Assembly: GCA_031414775.1 (NCBI GenBank)
Contig: JANOQI010000030.1
Span: 1-27,471, forward strand
Origin: Synechococcales cyanobacterium VAR_4_metabat_354
GTDB lineage: Bacteria > Cyanobacteriota > Cyanobacteriia > Cyanobacteriales > Chamaesiphonaceae
Reading direction: 5' to 3'
Length of the DNA stretch: 27,471 bases
The position numbers and the translations under genes are program-made. This document shows, piece after piece, positions 1-8,962 of the stretch; position 1 is the stretch's first letter; each line of letters begins with the position of its first letter. The notes beneath the pieces were generated by a model, which saw only the letters and a list, made by a program, of their open reading frames with translations, was not told where the DNA came from and did not search any database.

Positions 1-133
1 TCTCCCGCTTTTTTAATTAAAGCTTTTCTTCAACTGGTTTAGAATTATGGGTAAGGAGCGAACGATATGTTAGTAGACATGAATCTGTCGCCGCATGCAT
101 GGTCGTCTCCTCTGTCTTTCTAGTGGTCGTCTC

Positions 134-220
134 CCCATAAAGCGCCTGCATCGGAACGGAGGCTTACACGATGTTTTTCTCGCAAAATGCAACGCCGTCC
201 GGTGACGCTTGCCGTTAGGC
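134..220 (+). other. attC-like integron recombination site (degenerate left core)
   Basis: Left arm CCATAA-AGCGCCTGCATCGGAACGG pairs imperfectly, with bulged bases, with right arm CCGTCCGGTGACGCTT. Ends in a GTTRRRY core, GTTAGGC (214-220). The left core lacks the canonical AAC. Confidence 0.6.
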
Positions 221-328
221 AGCTCAATCCTTAATCCTGGGGGGAGATTCCGATAGTTTCTTAACCAGTTTTCCACGGTGCTTTGTTGCACGCTCGCATC
301 ATCTGTACACAACGTGTTGGTCAATGGC

Positions 329-1660
329 ATGAACCTAAAATATCTGATTTCCACCATCTTGGTGATCGCATTACTCGGTTTACTGGCTTGCGCACCCCCT
401 GCTTTCTCGGAATCAAATAGCATCAGTCAAGCTGAGTACCAGCAACGTAGCGAGCAGATCGCCAGCTTTTTAGAGGAGCGTAGAAAGCGATTGAACGTGG
501 TAAGAACCACACAAACCAAGTCTGGCCAGATACTTGACTGGATTAAGCCAGAGAGTCAACTTCCAGAGGGTATGAAAATAGAGCAGACTCCTCCTACTCA
601 AAAGCCTGATCTACTGCAACCTGAGAATGAAAACAGCAATGATTATCTGCAGAATAAACTGCCGCGAACTCTCATACGGCTTGGTCGTCGGGAGTTGACA
701 GCCAGGACTGAGTTGCAGAATGATGCTTCAGTAGTAGGTCCATCGGGTACCGTGCCTGTTGTGCGTTTTGATCTAGAAGGTTATCTGAAGGCTAATCCCA
801 CGTATCTGCCTCGAGATCCGCGCGAGTTGTTTTCTAAAGTACCTCCTCCTGCTCCTGCCTCGAATAATCGCTATTATGCCGTTTGGCAGCGCTTTAGCGA
901 TAACTTTGGTACTCTGGGACGCATAAATATTTGGGACACTGATGGCCCTGTCGGTAATGAGACTTCGATCGCTCAGACGGCTGTGATACGGGGAACTCCA
1001 ATGCAGGCGATCGAGGCAGGCAAAATAGAGACAACAGGCTTTGCACCCTCGAAACGCCCCACTTTTTTCACGTACTTCCGAACCAATGGATCTGCCAGTG
1101 GTGACTGGGTAGGCGGGTATAACGCCTTAGTAGATGGATGGATTCAAGTATCCCGTAGTGTGGCACCTGGCATGTCGCTGGTTCCCTGGGAGAGCCGAAT
1201 CGATGGCTCTCAGTACAGTCTCGATGTTGAGGTTCGCCTGTGGCAAGGGAACTGGTGGGTGAGAGCAGCGGGAGAGTGGGCTGGTTATTATCCCTTCTGC
1301 AAGGGTGGTGGCGCAGCTCCGTGTTCTGATGGTTCACTATTTTCTGAGGCAGGAATTCGCGATAAAGCTGATCGGCTGGATTGGTACGGCGAAATATTTG
1401 ACGCAAGCGCACCCGCAACTACTTCCACGGATATGGGTAGCGGACAATTTGCTGATCGACGTTGGGGTAATGCAGCCTACTTCCGAAATATACTTTATAT
1501 GTGGTCACCCACCAATGCCTGGTGGTGGTCATCAGGTTCGATCGGCACAACAGATAGTGCCTGCTATAGTGCTGATGGACCTTACTACAGTTCAGATGAT
1601 AACTGGCGAAATTGGTTTTATTATGGTGGCCCAGGTAAAGAGGCTAGTGGTTGTAAATAG
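329..1660 (+). CDS. Secreted neprosin-like (DUF239) glutamic peptidase with pro-domain
   Basis: Signal peptide MNLKYLISTILVIALLGLLACAPPAFS. Pro-domain motifs SGQILDWI and GPSGTVPVVR. Catalytic-type motifs IEAG and WYGE, plus GNWW, GYYP, TDMGSG and C-terminal FYYGGPG, as in neprosin domains. ATG 329 preferred over the track start at 278. Confidence 0.85.
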   Translation: MNLKYLISTILVIALLGLLACAPPAFSESNSISQAEYQQRSEQIASFLEERRKRLNVVRTTQTKSGQILDWIKPESQLPEGMKIEQTPPTQKPDLLQPENENSNDYLQNKLPRTLIRLGRRELTARTELQNDASVVGPSGTVPVVRFDLEGYLKANPTYLPRDPRELFSKVPPPAPASNNRYYAVWQRFSDNFGTLGRINIWDTDGPVGNETSIAQTAVIRGTPMQAIEAGKIETTGFAPSKRPTFFTYFRTNGSASGDWVGGYNALVDGWIQVSRSVAPGMSLVPWESRIDGSQYSLDVEVRLWQGNWWVRAAGEWAGYYPFCKGGGAAPCSDGSLFSEAGIRDKADRLDWYGEIFDASAPATTSTDMGSGQFADRRWGNAAYFRNILYMWSPTNAWWWSSGSIGTTDSACYSADGPYYSSDDNWRNWFYYGGPGKEASGCK

Positions 1661-2057
1661 AGTACTTACTGCTCTTCTAGCACTGTTAATATACATCTTT
1701 TTATTTTGCTTTGGCATCGTAAAGCCTGTTGAAGCAGTGCAACCCAGCTTGGTATTGATCTCCTGTCGAGGTGATCGCGAGTGCAGTTCTGGATTCTGCG
1801 ATCGCGGACAGTGTCGTCTACCTCAAGAACAGTTTGGTGCTTCATGTACTCCAGCACCTCGGACTAACGATGGAATACGGGACGGTAAGCTGAATTTCTG
1901 TGGTGCTTATGTCTGCATTAGTGGTCGTTGCCGATCTTGTACCAGTAATAAGCAGTGTCAGAGTGAATATGGAGCACCTCAATGTCTGCCACACCCCAGG
2001 CGTCCTGGGTTTCGTTGTGCCTCATCGACCCGTTCATCAAACACAGGCCGTCGATAG
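1623..2057 (+). CDS. Small secreted cysteine-rich protein (12 Cys in the mature part)
   Basis: 3' part of track ORF 1305..2057. Hydrophobic signal VLTALLALLIYIFLFCFGIVKPVEA followed by CRGDRECSSGFCDRGQC...CGAYVCISGRCRSCTSNKQC...C...C. Start is ATG 1623 or GTG 1647, overlapping the end of the neprosin gene. Confidence 0.7.
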   Translation: MVAQVKRLVVVNRVLTALLALLIYIFLFCFGIVKPVEAVQPSLVLISCRGDRECSSGFCDRGQCRLPQEQFGASCTPAPRTNDGIRDGKLNFCGAYVCISGRCRSCTSNKQCQSEYGAPQCLPHPRRPGFRCASSTRSSNTGRR

Positions 2058-2111
2058 TTTTCTGGAAATGCTAAGTGATGTAGTATCCCTCTAATGTCAT
2101 AAGCGATCGCC

Positions 2112-2198
2112 GCCTAACAAGTCCGCAGCAGCGGGCTGGCAAAGTTGATCTATCATAAGCAAAGCGTGGTTCACAGCCGCTGAGCGGAATCGTTATCG
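2112..2198 (+). other. attC-like integron recombination site
   Basis: GCCTAAC (RYYYAAC) AAG TCCGCAGCAGCGGGCTG ... CAGCCGCTGAGCGGA ATC GTTATCG. The arms pair with two extrahelical bases and one mismatch; 87 bp long. Confidence 0.75.
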
Positions 2199-2202
2199 GT
2201 TC

Positions 2203-2511
2203 GTGTTGACTGTGAAGTGTGAGGCCGATGAATTGATCTCTGATGAATTGCAAAAGGCCGAAGTAGCGCGGCAGATTCTGGGGAATGCCCATAGTGAAGA
2301 CGTGGAATTGTGGGCGGCGAAGATTCGACAAGCGATGGCTAACTGTGGCGAGATGAGGTTGCTGGAATTGCAGCGGCGCTCTGGGTTATCGTTGGTCGAT
2401 GTGTGGCTAGGGTTGCTCCTGGGCGACACTGGCTGCCTGGTGCGGCGGCGGTCTTGGGGGGTCGCGGATGGCGAGGATTTCTATGGGCGCGATGGGGTGT
2501 GGGTTAGGTGA
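2203..2511 (+). CDS. Hypothetical protein, possibly a 5'-truncated C-terminal fragment
   Basis: Visibly GC-rich ORF whose frame is open back into the attC right core; no clear RBS. Confidence 0.5.
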   Translation: MLTVKCEADELISDELQKAEVARQILGNAHSEDVELWAAKIRQAMANCGEMRLLELQRRSGLSLVDVWLGLLLGDTGCLVRRRSWGVADGEDFYGRDGVWVR

Positions 2512-2605
2512 GGGGGTAGAGAGCTGTTAATCCTTTGCAGAAAGAGATAGAAATGAGCTAATGTAGTAGTCGTGCCACAAAATAAACTTTACGAGGAGGT
2601 AGACG

Positions 2606-2716
2606 ATGACTATATTCTTAGCTGATCGAATCACTGAAGTGATTTTAACCTTTCAAAAGCAAGGTATAGAGGGTCGTACTCATTCCTGTAACACTTTACC
2701 TATTATTCAGGTTTGA
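2606..2716 (+). CDS. Putative 36-aa leader peptide upstream of the rsgA-like gene
   Basis: Strong SD GAGGAGG (2593-2599), ATG 2606, MTIFLADRITEVILTFQKQGIEGRTHSCNTLPIIQV, TGA 2714-2716. Confidence 0.4.
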   Translation: MTIFLADRITEVILTFQKQGIEGRTHSCNTLPIIQV

Positions 2717-2775
2717 CCATTCGGACTCCTCTTGTGAACCTTGCATTATGCAAATTATCACAATAAGGAAATCCA

Positions 2776-3840
2776 ATGAATTTAGAACAATTAGGCTGGA
2801 GCGATTTTCATGCTCACAGCTTTGCTTCTTATCGACAGTCAGGATTTACGGTCGGTCGAGTTGCTATCGAACATCGCAATAGTTATCTCGTCTATACTGA
2901 ACAAGAAGAACAATCTGCCGAAGTAACTGGCAAATTCAGGCATCAAGCTACTGGAAGCCAGGACTTTCCATCCGTCGGAGATTGGGTTGTGATTCAAAAA
3001 GTAAGTGAACAACTTGCTACCATTCACGCAATTTTACCGCGCATGAGTAAGTTTTCTCGTAAGGTCGCGGGAAGTTCGATCGAAGAACAAATTATTGCGA
3101 CAAATATTGATACTGCTTTTCTCGTTTCTGGTTTGGATGGTGACTTGAATTTAAGGCGGATTGAACGCTACTTGATTCTGGCCTGGGAAAGTGGTGTAAA
3201 TCCGGTCATTCTGTTAAACAAGGCAGATCTTTGTCTGAAACTTGAACAATGTTTGACGGAGGTAGAAAACATTGCGATGGGGGTTCCGATCGTGACGCTA
3301 AGTGCTATGCAGCAGCAGGGTATGGAATTACTTCAACCATATTTGCAACCGGGGAAAACAATTGTGTTGTTAGGATCATCTGGGGTTGGTAAATCCACGA
3401 TTACGAATCAACTGAAAGGTGAGTCGGTGCAAACTGTTCAAGCTGTCCGGTTAGGAGATGATCGGGGGAAACATACAACTACACATCGACAGTTGATTAT
3501 GCTGCCATCTGGAGCATTAATTATTGATACCCCAGGAATGCGCGAACTTCAAGTCTGGTCGGCTACAGAGGGATTGCCAGAAACATTTATGGATATTGAA
3601 AAGCTGGTGGAGCAGTGTCGTTTTCATGATTGTCAACATGACAGTGAACCTGGTTGTGCCATTCAAAAAGCATTAGCAGGTGGACAACTGGATTCCAAAC
3701 GATTACTAAACTATCAGAAGTTGCAAAAAGAAGCTCAACATCTTTCCAGGAAGCAAGATAAACGATCATACCTTGCAGAAAAAGAACAATGGAAAAAGAT
3801 TAGTAAAGCCTCCCGCAACCATCCTAAATACCAGCTGTGA
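2776..3840 (+). CDS. rsgA: Ribosome small subunit-dependent GTPase A (RsgA/YjeQ family, long form)
   Basis: Circularly permuted G motifs [22 protein letters not shown]. Zn motif [15 protein letters not shown]-terminal OB-fold region with VGDWV. Confidence 0.93.
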   Translation: MNLEQLGWSDFHAHSFASYRQSGFTVGRVAIEHRNSYLVYTEQEEQSAEVTGKFRHQATGSQDFPSVGDWVVIQKVSEQLATIHAILPRMSKFSRKVAGSSIEEQIIATNIDTAFLVSGLDGDLNLRRIERYLILAWESGVNPVILLNKADLCLKLEQCLTEVENIAMGVPIVTLSAMQQQGMELLQPYLQPGKTIVLLGSSGVGKSTITNQLKGESVQTVQAVRLGDDRGKHTTTHRQLIMLPSGALIIDTPGMRELQVWSATEGLPETFMDIEKLVEQCRFHDCQHDSEPGCAIQKALAGGQLDSKRLLNYQKLQKEAQHLSRKQDKRSYLAEKEQWKKISKASRNHPKYQL

Positions 3841-3889
3841 TCACTACCTCATAGAACACATCGGGTTAACTGTGGCGAAATGAGATCTT

Positions 3890-3918
3890 GATGAGGGGAG
3901 TGATCGACTCCCCTCATC
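3890..3918 (+). terminator. Perfect 12-bp stem-loop between rsgA and the ABC gene (terminator or processing hairpin)
   Basis: GATGAGGGGAGT-GATCG-ACTCCCCTCATC; no strong U-tract. Confidence 0.6.
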
Positions 3919-3978
3919 GTTAAATTGAGTAGAATTCTGGATGTTTTTCCAGTTAAGCCTTGGAGGCAGAATAAGACT

Positions 3979-5796
3979 ATGGCATCATATCGCAATATTG
4001 TTGGTTATTTTCGTGGCTACGGGAAGATCGCAGCACTAAGCATGGCGGGAGCCAGTCTATTTGAAGTACTGGATTTGGTAGTACCTTATGCGATCGGTCA
4101 AATTTTGAATGTGCTCTCACGGCAGCCGCTAGATGCTCCGCTAGTGGCTATGATGAAGGCAATCTCATCAACATTTAATATTCCGGCATCTGATAACTTA
4201 GAACTATGGCTGCTACTGGGGATAATTTTCGTCATATCCGTAGTGCGAGCACCGATTCAGCCCTGGATTGGCAGCTGGTTTCACTGGGCTATTCCACTAC
4301 GGGCTAGGCGAGACCATGCCGATCGAGTGCTACAAAAAATTCTCAGTTTACCCTTAGCTTTCTACGACGAGAATAACCCTGGTCGAATTGCTGGTCGCAT
4401 TGCCCGAGGGCTAGGTAATCACACTTGGTCTTACCCAGAAATTGCCGGACAGTTTATTCCCAAGCTAGTTAGAATTATGGGGATTTTTGGATTGATCTGT
4501 CTACTAGAATGGCGGATTGCACTCTTCTTCTTGATCTCTTTCATCGTTATTCTGGCTTTTAGTATTAAAGGATTACGCTCCATCATTCAACGGGAAGCTC
4601 TCCTCGATAGCTATATGGAGAATACGGAGAGTCGCACCTCTGAAATAATTACCAATATTAAGACTGTTAAAGCTTTTGCCGCTGAACCCCATGAACTGGA
4701 GCGGCAACGTCAGCGACTAGATCGGGAGTTAACCGTCGTGCTTCATCGTATCCATCGCAGTTATGTGAAATTGGGTACGTGGCAGCGAACAGTGGTGCAA
4801 AGCTGTATCTTTGGGGTGCTAATTATGACATTACTATCAACACTCCGGGGCGAACTGTCTTTAGGTCATTTTGTGACGCTGTTGACGATCTCCAGCATGG
4901 CCTATGCCGAACTAGAACCCTTGAGCGCTTTAGCAGAGGCGCTGGCTCGACGCTATGCTTCCATGGTGCGCTTCCATGAATTTATGGAGTATCCGATCAG
5001 TAGCGATGCCATGGATCTCACCTCGATCAATCAGAGTCCTGAAGAATATCACTTTACGGGCAAAGTGGAGTTCAATCATCTCAGTTTTGGCTATGACCCA
5101 GAACGTCTAATTTTGAAGGATATCAACTTGATAATTGAGCCATATCAAACTGTTGCTCTAGTAGGAAAATCGGGTTCGGGGAAATCTACACTAGTTAAAC
5201 TACTGTTTCGCTACTTTGAGCCAACTCAGGGAAAAGTCCTGATGGATGGAACCGATGTGCGATCGCTGAAGATTGGCCCTTACCGTTCTCGTCTAGCGAT
5301 TGTGCATCAAGAGGTCGATGTCTTTAACGGTACCATCATGGATAATCTGCGTTATGGCAACCCTACGGCGAATACTTCCACCGTAGATGAAGCTTGCAAA
5401 ATGGCGAGGGTTGATGAATTTATGCACGAGCTGCCGCAAGGGTATGCCACAGTTGTTGGAGAGCGTGGTGTTCGCCTCTCGGGAGGACAGCGGCAGCGTT
5501 TAGGCATTGCCCGTGCTTTGATCGTAAATCCGCATGTTTTAGTGTTTGATGAGGCTACTTCTAGTCTAGATTACGAGTCAGAACGAGCTATTCAGATGGC
5601 AATGCGCTCTATTCTGGGCACTAGAACTACTCTCATTATTGCTCACCGTCTGAGCACGGTAAGAGATGCTGACAAAATTGTGGTTTTAGACAAGGGTCGT
5701 ATTGTGGAGGTTGGCTCTCATGATGAACTATTAAAGCAACAGGGTTTTTATGCAAGGCTACATGAGCTGCAAGAATCTGGAGTATTGCCATCGTAA
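3979..5796 (+). CDS. ABC exporter, fused membrane and ATPase domains (MsbA/multidrug type)
   Basis: Multiple TM segments, Walker A GKSGSGKS, signature LSGGQ, Walker B VLVFDE, H-loop IAHRL. ATG 3979 with upstream GGAGG. Confidence 0.93.
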   Translation: MASYRNIVGYFRGYGKIAALSMAGASLFEVLDLVVPYAIGQILNVLSRQPLDAPLVAMMKAISSTFNIPASDNLELWLLLGIIFVISVVRAPIQPWIGSWFHWAIPLRARRDHADRVLQKILSLPLAFYDENNPGRIAGRIARGLGNHTWSYPEIAGQFIPKLVRIMGIFGLICLLEWRIALFFLISFIVILAFSIKGLRSIIQREALLDSYMENTESRTSEIITNIKTVKAFAAEPHELERQRQRLDRELTVVLHRIHRSYVKLGTWQRTVVQSCIFGVLIMTLLSTLRGELSLGHFVTLLTISSMAYAELEPLSALAEALARRYASMVRFHEFMEYPISSDAMDLTSINQSPEEYHFTGKVEFNHLSFGYDPERLILKDINLIIEPYQTVALVGKSGSGKSTLVKLLFRYFEPTQGKVLMDGTDVRSLKIGPYRSRLAIVHQEVDVFNGTIMDNLRYGNPTANTSTVDEACKMARVDEFMHELPQGYATVVGERGVRLSGGQRQRLGIARALIVNPHVLVFDEATSSLDYESERAIQMAMRSILGTRTTLIIAHRLSTVRDADKIVVLDKGRIVEVGSHDELLKQQGFYARLHELQESGVLPS

Positions 5797-5938
5797 ATCC
5801 TAGCAAAACTGCTTAGACCTACTGAAAAAGTGTGCAGGTTAGTTCAAACTGTGTTGACATGAGTTACTTTAGCTCCCAACCCCACCAAAATCTGTTACTT
5901 TGTGTAGCATCAAGATTTTATAACGCTCCACCCCTGAA

Positions 5939-8158
5939 GTGGCTAATTCTAACTCAAGCAATTCTTCAGCTTTACCCGCCGTTTCTCTGACTGGAGTCGT
6001 AGAACGGATAACTTTTCATGCCGAAGAAACTGGTTACACCGTTGCCCGGATGCAAGTTCCCCGCTGTCATGATCTAGTAACCATCACCGGTAACTTTGCT
6101 CAGATTCAAGCTGGTCAAACCCTACAAGTTCAAGGCAGTTGGCGAGAACATCTCCAGTATGGTCAACAATTCCAAGTCTCTCACTACAAAGAAACGAAAC
6201 CGGCGACGCTCACCGGGATTGAAAAGTATTTGGGCAGCGGTTTGATTAAAGGGGTTGGTCCCGTCACCGCCAAAAGGATCGTGACGCACTTCAGTTTGGA
6301 AACTTTAGAAATTATCGAGCACCATAGCCAACGATTGATTGAAGTACCGGGAATTGGTCAGAAACGAGTACGAATGATTCAAAAAGCTTGGGCAGCCCAG
6401 CTGGTGATCAAGGAAGTGATGCTATTTCTTCAGAGTCATGGTGTTTCTACAACCTATGCAGTGAAAATCTTCAAGCAGTATGGCGACCAAGCGATCGCTA
6501 CCGTCACCCACAATCCTTACCAACTTGCCGAAGACATCTATGGCATCGGATTTCTGACAGCTGATCTGATTGCTCGGCAGTTAGGAGTTTTACCATCTTC
6601 ACCTTTTCGATATCGTGCCGGGATTGTCCATGTGTTGAGCGAAGCCGCCGAGGATGGTCATTGTTTCTTGCCCCAGCCAGAATTATTAGAGCTATCGATC
6701 GCGAAGTTAACCATCGATGAGCATGTGGCCACATCAGAAGTGGTGTTAGAAATCTTGGGAGCTATGACCAAGGAGCAGGATTTAATTGTGGAGACAGTGG
6801 GCGAAATCCCACTGTACTTCCAGCCTAGCTTTTTTCACACTGAGAAGAACTTAGCGAGTTTGACACTGAAGCTACTGCTGCCAAAGCCAGTCGTGGATTT
6901 ACCACGTATTCGCAGTTGGATCGAAAGGTTTACCCAAAGTCGGGGCATCAGTCTGTCGATCGAACAGCAACAAGCAGTGGAAATGGCGGCGACTGAACGG
7001 GTGATGATTCTCACGGGTGGTCCTGGTTGCGGGAAGACTTTTTGTACGCGCACGATCGTGGCGATGTGGAAAGCGATGGGCAAGAAAATTGCTTTGGCTG
7101 CTCCCACCGGTCGAGCGGCGCAGCGACTGGCTCAAATGGCTGGTCTAGAGGCTAAAACTATTCACCGGCTGCTGGAATTTGAGCCAGCCACTAGGGGCTT
7201 TAAGCGCGGGATCGAAGAGCCGTTACCCCATGATGCAATCGTGGTTGATGAAGCTTCAATGCTGGATCTATTCCTGGCGAATTCTTTGCTGAAGGCAATT
7301 CCTCCCGATGCTCATTTACTGTTGGTGGGAGATATCGATCAATTGCCTTCGGTGGGGCCGGGGGATATATTGGCTGATTTGATCAAGTCTGACCAGATTC
7401 CGGTTGTTAGGCTCACCCAGGTATTCAGGCAAGTGCAAGCCAGTGGAATTATTCGGGCTGCTCACCAAATTAATCGTGGGCAATATCCCAGCTTTGAGCC
7501 AATTTCTGAGCAGCCTCGCTCGGATTGTCTATGGCATGGTGGTGGTCAAGAAGCAGAGCATGGAGTACAAACTATTCGCGAACTATTGCTAGACTTTATT
7601 CCCAGACAAGGGTTCAATCCGGTGACTGATGTCCAGGTGTTGTGTCCAATGACCAGAGGGGTAATTGGCACCCGTAACTTGAATCAGGTGTTGCAGGAGT
7701 TGTTGAATCCTCCTACTCCTGACAAACCCCAAGTGATTCGGGGTGGCGATGTGCTGCGGGTGGGCGATCGGGTGATTCAACTCAAGAATGACTACGAGCG
7801 CGAAGTCTTTAATGGGGATTTAGGCATGGTGGGATCGATCAACTCTACTGAGCAGGAGGTGGTGATTCGGTTTGAGGACAGAGAAGTGATCTACGATTAT
7901 GCGGATTTGAATGAGCTGGGTTTGGCTTGGTCGATTTCGATTCACAAGTCCCAAGGGTCGGAGTATCCGGTGGTAATTCTGCCAATTTATATGCAGCACT
8001 ATTTATTGTTGTCTCGGAATCTGATCTACACCGGTTTGACTAGAGCCAAGCAGTTAGCGATCGTTGTTGGTTCTAGTAAGGCGATCGGTTTAGCCGTCAG
8101 GCAACATCAGGTGGGTAAAAGGTATACGCGCTTGCCGGAGCGGTTGATGAGTCAATAG
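5939..8158 (+). CDS. recD2: ATP-dependent RecD2-like SF1B helicase
   Basis: HhH motifs (IKGVGP, VPGIG), Walker A GGPGCGKT, APTGRAA, VVDEASM, VGDIDQLPSVG, SIHKSQGSEY, YTGLTRAK. Confidence 0.92.
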   Translation: MANSNSSNSSALPAVSLTGVVERITFHAEETGYTVARMQVPRCHDLVTITGNFAQIQAGQTLQVQGSWREHLQYGQQFQVSHYKETKPATLTGIEKYLGSGLIKGVGPVTAKRIVTHFSLETLEIIEHHSQRLIEVPGIGQKRVRMIQKAWAAQLVIKEVMLFLQSHGVSTTYAVKIFKQYGDQAIATVTHNPYQLAEDIYGIGFLTADLIARQLGVLPSSPFRYRAGIVHVLSEAAEDGHCFLPQPELLELSIAKLTIDEHVATSEVVLEILGAMTKEQDLIVETVGEIPLYFQPSFFHTEKNLASLTLKLLLPKPVVDLPRIRSWIERFTQSRGISLSIEQQQAVEMAATERVMILTGGPGCGKTFCTRTIVAMWKAMGKKIALAAPTGRAAQRLAQMAGLEAKTIHRLLEFEPATRGFKRGIEEPLPHDAIVVDEASMLDLFLANSLLKAIPPDAHLLLVGDIDQLPSVGPGDILADLIKSDQIPVVRLTQVFRQVQASGIIRAAHQINRGQYPSFEPISEQPRSDCLWHGGGQEAEHGVQTIRELLLDFIPRQGFNPVTDVQVLCPMTRGVIGTRNLNQVLQELLNPPTPDKPQVIRGGDVLRVGDRVIQLKNDYEREVFNGDLGMVGSINSTEQEVVIRFEDREVIYDYADLNELGLAWSISIHKSQGSEYPVVILPIYMQHYLLLSRNLIYTGLTRAKQLAIVVGSSKAIGLAVRQHQVGKRYTRLPERLMSQ

Positions 8159-8203
8159 TAAAGTTGCAGCTCATAGATTTGGAAATGGTTATCAAAATTA
8201 TTT

Positions 8204-8962
8204 TTAGAGGTTTAACTTTTTATCAATTGCTCGTTCTAAACTCTCTATAATTTCGGGTAATTCTTTCAAGAGCTTACGCTCTTTTGGGCTAGCATGTTCT
8301 GTTTTTTGATACTGTAATAAAGCTGAGATCGCCTGTTTAAGGTACTTTTGGCTAAAGGGGACAGATGTCCCCTTTAGCTCTTCTGGTGATTCTGTTAGTT
8401 CAGCAGCCAAATAACGTTTGATTTGGCGTTCAGACTTACCTACAATTACTGCTAGCGAAGGGAGTAAAGCTTTTTGACCAGCTTTAGCACGACCAGGAGT
8501 GTGGTGATATCCCGCATCCTTTAAACGATCAGCTAAATCTCGAACTTCAGCGGCGGTATAGTCTCTACGCTTTTCATTTTCTGTGGCTTCGATCGCCAAA
8601 GCCAAATTTGGGTTATCAAAAGCATTGAAGTCATAGCGGCGTACTGGAATACCCACACTAAAATGTTCAGTATAGGCAGCAGGATTAGTTTCCTGGAGAT
8701 GGACAATCGCAGCTCGGCGATGACCCCCGGCTAATAAACGCCCTTGAGAATCTACAGCAATTGGTTGAATAAGTCCAAGTACAGCAATTGATTCTGCCAA
8801 AGATTCCACATGAGCTAGATTAAGCTGGCGGGTATCCAAAGGGCGATCAATGATCTCATCTAAGGCCAAGGGTAAAGACTGATTGTTATTAACGGCATTT
8901 ACATCGATGGTCAACAGGTTATCGACCCCACGCATTCTAGTTAGAACTGGGCGTTTAGACAT
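8204..8962 (-). CDS. parB: ParB-like partition protein
   Basis: ParB N-domain LAESIAVLGLIQPI, LLAGGHRRAA, ENEKRRD, then an HTH-like segment. TAATG stop/start overlap with parA. Confidence 0.85.
   Translation of the reverse strand: MSKRPVLTRMRGVDNLLTIDVNAVNNNQSLPLALDEIIDRPLDTRQLNLAHVESLAESIAVLGLIQPIAVDSQGRLLAGGHRRAAIVHLQETNPAAYTEHFSVGIPVRRYDFNAFDNPNLALAIEATENEKRRDYTAAEVRDLADRLKDAGYHHTPGRAKAGQKALLPSLAVIVGKSERQIKRYLAAELTESPEELKGTSVPFSQKYLKQAISALLQYQKTEHASPKERKLLKELPEIIESLERAIDKKLNL
8351..8378. repeat. Perfect 13-bp inverted repeat inside parB (candidate parS)
   Basis: GCTAAAGGGGACA-GA-TGTCCCCTTTAGC. The repeat is certain; the parS role is inferred. Confidence 0.6.

Noticed and set aside
100..134. 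11-bp direct repeat TGGTCGTCTCC (100-110, 124-134)
   Set aside because: Only two short copies 24 bp apart; not a CRISPR or iteron array. It may be a local duplication that damaged the adjacent attC core.
1305..1622. 5' half of track ORF 1305..2057
   Set aside because: Overlaps the neprosin catalytic domain in another frame; only the part from about 1623 looks like a real protein.
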